This document shows positions 27,001-39,000 of a stretch of DNA of 64,000 bases, in pieces. A program made the translations under genes and the position numbers. The stretch covers positions 186,001 through 250,000 of the forward strand of contig NIVC01000280.1 of the NCBI GenBank assembly GCA_002269645.1, given 5' to 3'. The notes below the pieces were generated by a model, which saw only the letters and a list, made by a program, of their open reading frames with translations, was not told where the DNA came from and made no database searches. Origin of the DNA: Macrostomum lignano. Its lineage: Eukaryota. Position 1 is the first letter of the stretch; each line of letters starts with the position of its first letter.

Positions 27001-30000
27001 CAATCTGAGTGACTCTGCTCTACAATCTGAGTGACTCTGCTCTGCAATCTGAGTGACTCTGCTCTGCAATCTGAGTGACTCTGCTCTGCAATCTGAGTGA
27101 CTCTGCTCTGCAATCTGAGTGACTCTGCTCTACAATCTGAGTGACTCTGCTCTGCAATCTGAGTGACTCTGCTCTGCAATCTGAGTGACTCTGCTCTGCA
27201 ATCTGAGTGACTCTGTCCTGCAGTCTGTAAATCTGCTTTAGATTCTGTATGTATGATTTAACAAAGTGTGTGTCTTAAAATCTGTGTGAAGTTTACAATT
27301 TTTGTAACTATAAACGCGATAATACGCAACTACTTGACAGCACAATTGAAATAACAAGTCAGATGTGACTGACAGTTAAGCTTTGCTCTACTGCCCATTA
27401 TTAAAAACAACTGTTGTGACTTGTTAAACTTTTACAAAAGCAATTCTCCACTTCAAATGGGTCTAGTAAAACGGTGCGATTTGCACATCAGGTGAGTGAC
27501 AAATGTAGGAAAAAAGATAGGTGGCTCCAGATAAGCCAGAAAAGATTGTACAGATGAGTCGGAAGAGAAACAGAGCGTGGCTGCAGAGACACAAAGAAGC
27601 ATAGTGCTCAGAAGAATAATTCCAGAAAGCTGTGAAATTTTGAAAACTATAAAAGCACACAAAATAAGGCACGCTGAACAAAACTCAACGTAACAGAAAG
27701 GCGAACTTTCTTCGATTAGAGGGGAAATGGGACGGAAAGGCAAATCAGAAAATATAGGGAACAAACTTGTGCCGGATGTCGACACGCCGGCAAAGCAAAC
27801 TTTAACAATGCCTTCGCGCATCCAGCTGCCCCGAAGCAGGCTGTGCACTGGAACAGAAAAAACAAACGAGCAGAACAGGAGGGGGCAAGGAGGTTAAACC
27901 GTGTTTGCTGGGCTAAATGTTATAAATGACCAAGCAATATCTCTACTTTGTACAGCATTCTGCCTTTGATTTAGCCCATTTTTAGCTGTAATTCCAATTC
28001 GTTTAGACCATAGACTACCGGTATGCCATCCAGCCTGACATAGACTATGCCATCCAGCCTGACATAGACTATGCCATCCAGCCTGACATAGACTATGCCA
28101 TCCAGCCTGACATGGACTATGCCATCCAGCCTGACATGGACTATGCCATCCAGCCTGACATGGACTATGCCATCCAGCTTGATATGGACTATGCCATCCA
28201 GCCTGACATAGACTATGCCATCCAGCCTGATATGGACTATGCCATCCAGCCTGACATAGACTATGCCATCCAGCTTGATATGGACTATGCCATCCAGCCT
28301 GACATGGACTATGCATCCAGCTTGACATGGACTATGCATCCAGCTTGACATGGACTATGCATCCAGCTTGACATGGACTATGCATCCAGCTTGACATGGA
28401 CTATGCATCCAGCTTGACATGGACTATGCATCCAGCTTGACATGGACTATGCATCCAGCTTGACATGGACTATGCATCCAGCTTGACATGGACTATGCAT
28501 CCAGCTTGACATGGACTATGCATCCAGCTTGACATGGACTATGCATCCAGCTTGACATGGACTATGCATCCAGCTTGACATGGACTATGCATCCAGCTTG
28601 ACATGGACTATGCATCCAGCTTGACATGGACTATGCATCCAGCTTGACATGGACTATGCATCCAGCTTGACATGGACTATGCATCCAGCTTGACATGGAC
28701 TATGCATCCAGCTTGACATGGACTATGCATCCAGCTTGACATGGACTATGCCATCCAGCCTGATATAGACTGCCATCTAATTTTTCACTTAATCACGAGT
28801 ATTCTTCGCAAACTTTGACCCTTCCTGCGCCTCCTGCATGCGCATTCCGGTCTCCTGTAGTAAAAAGCCATGCGCCATTGAATACAGACATTTGATTATA
28901 ATCAGAATATTCAAATACCAACCGAACATGCGATTTTATACACTGCACGCTCATACGAGATCAAAGATTGCGTTTCCAAAAAGAAGTTATAATCTCGAAA
29001 CCCTGCGTGCAATTGTCAGTCAAAGAGGTATGCAAGCTGATCAAACCCGAGACAAGATGCATGTTCAAGCGCTTTCATTAACCTATCAACATCATTATCA
29101 GCAATAAAGTTAAACATTTCAAGCAGGTTGGCACACAAGTTAAAACAAGTTCTATTAATTGACTTAGATTGGGCTTTTATAAAACACGAGTATCAATCAG
29201 GCGAACGGAGACCCAACTAACCGAGCACTTTGTGACTTTGTGAGCATCGTTGAGCGACTGAAAGCTGACAAAAAAACTACCCCGACCGTTCTCTGTGGAA
29301 AGCACCAAAGTCGAACAAGTCAAGCGTCAAAAAGTGAGGTGAAGGTGAGGTTTTTATTTACAAATAGTCTCTAAGTTAATGAAATAGAAATCAATTGTGA
29401 ATTTTGATTAAAACTATGACCGCGAGAGTGCGGAAGCTACAAAGCTAAAAAAGAACTTGAGAAGGTTAAAACGGCAAGAAGTGACTCAGTGAGAAGCAAG
29501 ACCGGGAAACTGAGATATAAAGAAGAAGCCTTGAGAAAAAGACGTAGATATGACACAGGAAGAGAATAACTTCAGTCAGTAGAGAACAATTCCTAAACAT
29601 AAAACAGCAGCCTGGATGCCCTGGATTTTATTCGAACTGCAAACACACAAATGCAAAGGCTTGAATGAAAGCGTTGTTTAGTGCCAGCAGGCGCAGCCAT
29701 ACAGAAGTGAGAAAAATGCATCAAGAAAGAAGGTCACAAAGCTTTTAAGGAAATGGCGGCGGCACACAGCAACAATTGGCGGCAAAGTTGGTTCATTTGG
29801 GAGCAGTTTCAGTCTGAGAGCCAACATGATGACATTTTTTTGCTTTAAAAGAGAAACAGGCAGCAATTTCCAAAAGCGCGTCCTCAACTTGTGCTGCTTC
29901 ATCTCTGCTCTCTGGCGCTTACCAGTTGCCTTCTTCGGAGAAGGCTGGGGTGGCGGGTCGAAGTCTAAAGACGCGCCAGAAATAATTGGCACTACGCCTG

Positions 30001-33000
30001 CGAAATGTGCGGAGGGAGAATGTCGGCGGGGATAGAGTGTGCAAAACTTGTGTGCGGGGGGGAAACGCAATTATGATCGATAGCGGTGCGTTCGGAATGG
30101 AATCAATACTGACAACATTTTTGACAGGAAGGAAGCTAAAACTGTAAAATTATTTCCACATTGGTTAAAGTTCGTAATAAACAGTTAAAAACAATATGTT
30201 GCACACAATTGCAAGTCGCAATGCCATCACCGATCGATCGCACAATATATTTTCTTCTTGCAAAACTCTGACATCCATGATTCCATGTGAAAGGCTGGGT
30301 GAGAGCTTAGAAGAAAAGCTAATGCACATAAGGAGCAGAGTTTCGACTTCAGTGGAGTCATTATCATGTACACCAGTATAGGAAAGAACTGAGAGGTTGG
30401 GGCGTTCAGAAAATCAATAACACAGGCTGCCTCACAAGCTTTACGCTCGTACACCATGCTAGTAAGAGTTTGGGCCTAAAAGAGATAGGATTCAGTGGGC
30501 GGGTAGGGTCAAGGGCAGAAAATCGATAAACTTCACCCACCACACACGCTATGAACAGGAGAGCCAATGCGCTAATAGACTTTAAAGACTTGGGCTACTA
30601 GAGAAAGGATTGAGGGAGAGGGGTGGGGTTGAGGGCAGAAAATCGATAAAATTCGATTCCAATGCGCTAGTAAGCAGAGATAGGAAACCAGAAAAATCGA
30701 TAACTTTCACCCAGGCCACTAGAACTGGCACTGACACGGATCATTTAATGATTAGGAAGAGGGCTTCACTGGGGGTTTGAGGAGCCGATAAGCGATATAA
30801 TCGATTTAGCCCTCTCATTTCAACCGCTCACGCTCACGTCTCACCGCTCAGACGTTAGCGAGAGAATATTTTATGCTTCTTACGATTGTGTGCAATCATT
30901 AACCGGTATTTTTCGGTTTGTCCATCAAAACAAACTGTGACTTTGCGTAAGAGATTTTTATATGGTTTTAGCTTCCATCAGGCGAGAGATTACACTTTAA
31001 AGCGATTTTCATAAATAATTCGTGGGATATTTCACCAATTTTACTAAAGGGTTTGCATAACGAGTGGCCGTTCTGTTCAGGTTAAGACGAGTTACTCACA
31101 TTAGCTCACAAGTGAAACAAGTGAAAAATTAGACAGTCATGTATACATACAAGTTTAACTAACACAGCAGTAATATAGTGGCTAATCACAATAATTAGGC
31201 GTATTCGACCCCGGGACACGAGTGACACAAAGTAGCCAGCGTTGCATGAATGGCACAGGTAATAAAATTTATTATGGCCCAGGGATGGTGATCGACACAA
31301 AAGAATTTAGCATGCGAAAAAATGTCTTCACGATAACGCAGTTATAAATACGAGCGATTGTACATAAGATCGAAATCGCTATTTGGTTAGTGGTTTGTTC
31401 TGAAATTAGCCACGAGAACTGCTGACAATGCCGGCAGAAAAATAGTCATTGATAAAGCATGCTCCTGTTTGCTTGGCACAGGCCTACTGATGGATGTTTG
31501 TTAAATTGCTGCACAAACTCTACAATAAGCTTCCACACACAAGAGCATGTCATTCGGACAAATTCCTGAAAAAAATGCATGGGGAAAAACTGAAGTCCGA
31601 GTGGGAGATGGTTGAAAAAGCTGTGCTGAGTAGGTTCATAACGCGGTGCCGTGGAGAGCTTAAGCTTCGTGTATAGACAGTTGTTGCTGGTATAGCCATT
31701 TATAGTAAAATAGTTAGAGCTATAGTAAATAACTTATCAAAGTTTTATTAAAATATCTAATAAATTTAGATCAGGTTGTTAGCATTTAAGTTTGAAAAGT
31801 TATTCGGACTGATTAAAATTGATTGCCAGACCGGTTATTGGCTTCACAAGGAAAGTTTTATTAGTAGCTGTGAACCTATTAAACTTGGCATGCTTTGTTT
31901 CATTTAGTAAGTAGAACTAATTATCATTAAACTAATTTTCTGACCTTTGATATACCTATCTAGTACGCAAGTGGTAATTCATCACACAAAAAGAGCCAGA
32001 AGCAAAGCACGAATTATAATTTGATGATTATGCAAAATCTAGCTAATCTTAGAGAGATAGGTAAGAAAAATTGAAAAGGAGCAATGCGTACTTCTAATAT
32101 GGATTGATTTGCCGGGGAATTGGCAATTTCTATGGGTCTTTTAAGGGTTGTGAAAATTATAGTAGGGTTTGTTTGGGCGTACATTGAGGTGGGTTTAATG
32201 TGCACAATAGGGTGGGGCTGTTTGTATGCACATTGGGGTGGGGCTATGTTTGAGTGTACATTGGGGTAAGTAGTGTTTGGGTGTACATTGGGGTAAGTAA
32301 TGTTTGAGTGTACATTGGGGTGAGTAATGTTTGGGTGTACATTGGGGTGGGTGGAGTTGTGTTCAAGCATACACCGGGGTGGGATTCGGACTATAAGTGT
32401 GTGTGTACATTGTGTGCATAGTTTTTTTCGTGGGTTTTTGTTCATTGGATGTGGAAGTTTACAGAAAATTCTCAATAAATAGAGGTATAAATAGAGAAAG
32501 ACTGGGTATTTAACGAGAGGCAGAGAGAGAGAAAGAGGGAGAGATAGAGAGAGCTAGATAGAAACAGAAGCCTACAGTACAAACAGCACCAGTTACAGAA
32601 GCGGTTATCTTGTTTGTATTGACAGTACTATTTTAGTGACTAAAGCAGTGGCGATTGGACACGTATGGATATTACTAGGCATTTGATTAAAAAAAGCACA
32701 TACACTTGTCTGACTGTGGATTACACACAAATATCGTATATTAAATATATATCCAATATACCAGTTGGCCAAAATGAGTGGACAAAATTTAATAGGCAAA
32801 ACACAATTTATTATAATTAATATGATTGCAGAGACGTGAAAAATAAATAACGTAACGGATTTTTTAAAACAATATTGGCGAATCGGCATAATAAATATGA
32901 GTATAAACAAAATGGCTATGCGATTTGCATAACACGCTGTGCGGGTTTAAATTACATTTTTCTTGCAACGATAAGGCAGATTTTGTATTGCCGGTCACTG

Positions 33001-36000
33001 GAAGCGAGGGCGTTGAGGAAATTAGCAGAAATTAGCTACTTTAGACCAATATGAAGCGAATAATTATTGGGATTTAATTCGCGCATTGTTACTAATTAAT
33101 TTATTTTAAAGCATTGCTTTGCTACTCAGGTCAAAAATAGCATTGGCAATTCAGCCTCCTACATAACGAACAATTCTTGTTCATAAAAACTAGTGAGCCC
33201 TATATGAGATATATAACTGAATTTATGCAAAACGCACAGCGATGTTCACGAATTAATAATTCAATAACCAAAGAAGGGACACAACCACAAGAAATACAAT
33301 GCACACCACTGATTTGCCAGGGCATTGGGTGTGACAGTAGATAAGAGAGAAATGAAATAAGAGGGGTGGGGCCGCGAGGACACAATGTACACCGCTGATT
33401 TGCCAGGGCATTGGGTGTGACCGTAGATAAGAGAGAAATGAAATATGAGGGGTGGGGCCGCGAGGACACAATGTACACCCTGATTTGCCAGGGCATTGGG
33501 TGTGACCGTAGATAAGAGAGAAATAAAATAAGAGGGGTGGGGCCGCGAGGACACAATGTACACTGATGATTTGCCAGGGCATTGGGTGTGACCGTAGATA
33601 AGAGAGAAATGAAATAAGAGGGGTGGGGCCGCGAGGACACAATGTACACCCTGATTTGCCAGGGCATTGGGTGTGACCGTAGATAAGAGAGAAATGAAAT
33701 ATGAGGGGTGGGGCCGCGAGGACACAATGTACACCCTGATTTGCCAGGGCATTGGGTGTGACCGTAGATAAGAGAGAAATGAAATAAGAGGGGTGGGGCC
33801 GCGAGGACACAATGTACACCCTGATTTGCCAGGGTGTTACCACAAGATAAGAAGAGAAAGGAATGAAAATTATACTATATCGTATAATTTTATATAGTAT
33901 AAAATTACACTATATCGACAGATAAGTCCGATAGTTTCTATTGAACATCACGTGACGCTTTGTAAGTAATTCACAAATCGTGTATCAAAGCAATATAACT
34001 ATTACTACAAAGTCAAATAAAAGAATTGATCTAGGATTGCAATATATACGTAGGTTACAGTGATATAAAAAGGTTTATTTTTTATGTGTAATTCTTGACC
34101 AACCCTTGCTGCAATTGCTTAGTATAACACTTTGGCTTTGGGTAGCACAAGGAACTCCTACTAATTCTAATTAATAAGCAGTGTAGGAAAAAGCTACCAA
34201 TTTTCAGGGACGTAAATGTTTTTCAATGAAGCATTCGTTAAAACTATTTTTTACTTACTGTATGCTAAATATGAATAATTGAAGGATAATTACTGTACAT
34301 ATTATGCAGGGGTGAATGCTATGTTTAGAGGAAAAATGAAACCAAAAATCCCAAATGGATCTTGACTTGATCATCACAGGGTTTAATCTACAAACAAAAT
34401 AAACTTTAATCACTGGCTGAATACCATGGGAAGCTGCATTAGTACTAATCAGCGAAGAACTTAAAGTATGCGGTACAACGAAACATTCATAACAAAATCT
34501 GCCTTAAGTAGCTCGTAATGCACTTTTTTCATTTCGAGCAGCTGTTTATTAGACCTACTTCATTTCCTGATATTAATAAGAAACACAAAGTTGAATTGAT
34601 TGATGCAAGCGGGTTTTGATTGGGGCAGGGGTTCTGATTGGGGCAGGGGTTCTGATTGGGGCAGGGGTTCTGATTGGAGCAGGGGTTCTGATTGGGGAAG
34701 GGGTTCTGATTGGGGAAGGGGTTCTGATTGGGGCAGGGGTTCTGATTGGAGCAGGGGTTCTGATTGGAGCAGGGGTTCTGATTGGAGCAGGGGTTCTGAT
34801 TGGAGCAGAGGTTCTGATTGGGGCAGGGGTTCTGATTGGGGCAGGAGTGCTGATTGGGGCAGGGGTTCTGATTGGGGCAGGAGTGCTGATTGGGGCAGGG
34901 GTTCTGATTGGGGCAGGGGTTCTGATTGGGGCAGGGGTTCTGATTGGGGCAGGGGTTCTGATAGGGGCAGGGGTTCTGATTGGGGCAGGGGTTCTGATTG
35001 GGGCAGGGGTTCTGATTGGGGCAGGGGTTCTGATAGGGGCAGGGGTTCTGATTGGGGCAGGGGTTCTGATTGGGGCAGGGGTTCTGATTGGGGCAGGGGT
35101 TCTGATTGGGGCAGGGGTTCTGATTGGGGCAGGGGTTCTGATTGGGGCAGGGGTTCTGATTGGGGCAGGGGTTCTGATTGGGGCAGGGGTTCTGATTGGG
35201 GCAGGGGTTCTGATTGGGGCAGGGGTTCTGATTGGGGCAGGGGTTCTGATAGGCAGGTAAGAAATTTCAATTAAGAAAAGCGATGGAGGAAAAGACACAG
35301 ATGATAGTTTAACACACTTAAATTAAATGAAATCAAGCGCAAAAGGTTGATATAAAAGTACATAAGTACTTTCTTCGATCTGTGGCCGCTTCACGGGATA
35401 AGGAGGACGAATGTTAAAACAAAAAGTTGGGTAGTTCTTTACAATTAAAAAACATATTAAATGATTCTGTTCCCAATAAAACAGAGCACTCCTGGCGCTC
35501 TGAAAATCAAATCCGTTATATATTCAGCTGTGCGCAGTGCAAATTCTCGATTCAATTCGCACTTTCAGCCACAGTTGATAAAACGTATTGGGAAAACTAG
35601 GATTCATAAGAACAGCGCACCCTGCCTTCTGAGTCTTACTCAGGCGGGGATTGACCCTACTAGGAAACGGTGACCTCACCTTTGGAGTCCTCCGCTAGTT
35701 TGGTGTTGTCGAACCACAGGAACAGAGCGGCCAGGATGCGGCCCAGGATCTCCTGCAGAATAGGTGAGATTGCAAACACTGTGAGATAGATACACAGACA
35801 CTCTGTGATAGATGCACAGACAGACACTGTGAGATAGATACACAGACACTCTGTGATAGATGCACAGACAGACACTGTGAGATAGATACACAGACACTCT
35901 GTGATAGATGCACAGACAGACACTGTGAGATAGATACACAGACACTCTGTGATAGATGCACAGACACTGTGAGATAGATGTACAGACACCGTGAGATAGA

Positions 36001-39000
36001 TGTACAGACACTGTGAGATAGATGCACAGACACTGTGAGATAGATACACAGACACTCTGTGATAGATGCACAGACAGACACTGTGAGATAGATGTACAGA
36101 CACTGTGAGATAGATGTACAGACACTGTGAGATAGATGCACAGACACTGTGAGATAGATGCACAGACACTGTGAGATAGATGCACAGACACTGTGAGATA
36201 GATGCACAGACACTGTGAGATGGATGCACAGACACTGTGAGATAGATGCACAGACACTGTGAGATAGATACACAGACACTGTGAGATAGATGCACAGACA
36301 CTGTGAGATAGATACACAGACACCGTGAGACACTCACAATACTGACTGTCTCTCTGGGTTTGCACTTCTCAACAATGAGAATGACACCATAGATGGAGAG
36401 AATCTTCCTGTCCTTGTCGCTCAGGTTGTCAGGGTAGGCGTCCTCAGGTAGACAGTACCAATTATCCTCATCTCCCTTCTCCTTGCTGTAGGTCTTAACC
36501 TTGGGCACCTGGGCCTCCAGTATGAGGCTGACAATGCTCTCCAGCATGTACTGCTGCAGTTCAACTGGACAGTCCCAAATGTCCGGCAGCGGAGTCTGGG
36601 TCACGTGCTGCCTGCCAGCGTGGCTGTGCCGGTGCCCGTGGCACTCTTCGCAGAGGCGGATAGGGCGGCCGCCGCTGAGGTGGGCGCACTCGGCGCTGAA
36701 ACAGGTGGAGTGCACCCGGCTGCCGGGCCCCCCGCTGCGGCAGGTTTTCGACTCGCAGGCCAGCGGCAGGGCCTGAGTTTGGGTAGACAGTTGTAGCCTC
36801 ATCTATCAGGCTGCAGCCTCATTCATCAAGCTGTAGCCTCATCTATCAAACTGTAGCCTCATCTATCAAGCTGTAGCCTCATCTATCAAGCTGTAGCCTC
36901 ATCTATCAAGCTGTAGCCTCATCTATCAAGCTGTAGCCTCATCTATCAGGCTGTAGCCTCATCTATCAAGCTGTACTCGTAGCCTCATCTATCAAGCTGT
37001 ACTCGTAGCCTCATCTATCAGGCTGTAGCCTCATCTATCAGGCTGTAGCCTCATCCATCAAGCTGTAGCCTCATCTATCAAACTGTAGCCTCATCTATCA
37101 AGCTGTAGCTTCATCCATCAAGCTGTAGCCTCATCTATCAAACTGTAGCCTCATCTATCAGGCTGTAGCCTCATACATCAAGCTGTAGCTTCATCCATCA
37201 AGCTGTAGCCTCATCTATCAAACTGTAGCCTCATCTATCAAACTGTAGCCTCATCTATCAAGCTGTAGCTTCATCCATCAAGCTGTAGCCTCATCTATCA
37301 GGCTTTAGCCTCATCCATCAAGCTGTAGCCTCATCTATCAAACTGTAGCCTCATCTATCAAACTGTAGCCTCATCTATCAAGCTGTAGCTTCATCCATCA
37401 AGCTGTAGCCTCATCTATCAGGCTTTAGCCTCATCCATCAAGCTGTAGCCTCATCTATCAGGCTGTAGCCTCATCTATCAGGCTGTAGCTTCATCTATCA
37501 GGCTGTAGCCTCATCTATCAAGCTGTAGCCTCATCCATCAAGCTGTAGCCTCATCTATCAGGCTGTAGCCTCATCTATCAGGCTGTAGCTTCATCCATCA
37601 AGCTGTAGCCTCATCTATCAGGCTGTAGCCTCATCTATCAGGCTGTAGCTTCATCTATCAGGCTGTAGCCTCATCTATTAAGCTGTAGCCTCATCCATCA
37701 AGCTGTAGCCTCATCTATCAGGCTGTAGCCTCATCTATCAGGCTGTAGCCTCATCCATCAAGCTGTAGCCTCATCCATCAAGCTGTAGCCTTATCCATCA
37801 AGCTGTAGCCTCATCTATCAAGCTGTACTCGTAGCCTCATCTATCAGGCTGTAGCCTCATCTATCAGGCTGTAGCCTCATCTATCAAGCTGTAGCCTCAT
37901 CTATCAGGCTTTAGCCTCATCCATCAAGCTGTAGCCTCATCCATCAAACTGTAGCCTCATCTATCAAACTGTAGCCTCATCTATCAAGCTGTAGCTTCAT
38001 CCATCAAGCTGTAGCCTCATCTATCAGGCTTTAGCCTCATCCATCAAGCTGTAGCCTCATCTATCAGGCTGTAGCCTCATCTATCAGGCTGTAGCTTCAT
38101 CTATCAGGCTGTAGCCTCATCTATCAAGCTGTAGCCTCATCCATCAAGCTGTAGCCTCATCTATCAGGCTGTAGCCTCATCTATCAGGCTGTAGCTTCAT
38201 CCATCAAGCTGTAGCCTCATCTATCAGGCTGTAGCCTCATCTATCAGGCTGTAGCTTCATCTATCAGGCTGTAGCCTCATCTATTAAGCTGTAGCCTCAT
38301 CCATCAAGCTGTAGCCTCATCTATCAGGCTGTAGCCTCATCTATCAGGCTGTAGCCTCATCCATCAAGCTGTAGCCTCATCCATCAAGCTGTAGCCTTAT
38401 CCATCAAGCTGTAGCCTCATCTATCAAGCTGTACTCGTAGCCTCATCTATCAGGCTGTAGCCTCATCTATCAGGCTGTAGCCTCATCTATCAAGCTGTAG
38501 CCTCATCTATCAGGCTTTAGCCTCATCCATCAAGCTGTAGCCTCATCCATCAAACTGTAGCCTCATCTATCAGGCTGTAGCCTCATCTATCAAGCTGTAG
38601 CCTCATCTATCAAGCTGTAGCCTCATCTATCAGGCTGTAGCTTCATCTATCAGGCTGTAGCCTCATCTATCAAGCTGTAGCCTCATCCATCAAGCTGTAG
38701 CCTCATCTATCAGGCTGTAGCCTCATCTATCAGGCTGTAGCTTCATCTATCAGGCTGTAGCCTCATCTATTAAGCTGTAGCCTCATCCATCAAGCTGTAG
38801 CCTCATCTATCAGGCTGTAGCCTCATCTATCAGGCTGTAGCCTCATCCATCAAGCTGTAGCCTCATCCATCAAGCTGTAGCCTCATCCATCAAGCTGTAG
38901 CCTCATCTATCAAGCTGTACTCGTAGCCTCATCTATCAGGCTGTAGCCTCATCTATCAGGCTGTAGCCTCATCTATCAAGCTGTAGCCTCATCTATCAGG

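Noticed and set aside
27453-27847. Hydrophobic ORF behind a strong acceptor in unc-79 intron 7
   Set aside because: The phase-1 acceptor is good, but no convincing phase-1 donor or homology was found; left uncalled.
31380-31680. Short plus-strand ORF in intron 7, possibly a transposon remnant
   Set aside because: No recognisable motif; 60 aa is within chance.
33305-33835. CRISPR-like appearance of long regular repeats (also 16590-17050, 58630-58990)
   Set aside because: Head-to-tail units with no unique spacers, no cas genes, and eukaryotic context.
34560-35298. LIGAGV, SEPLPQ and DWGRGS repeat ORFs resembling hexapeptide or structural proteins
   Set aside because: 18-bp intronic array open in four frames, with no splice support.
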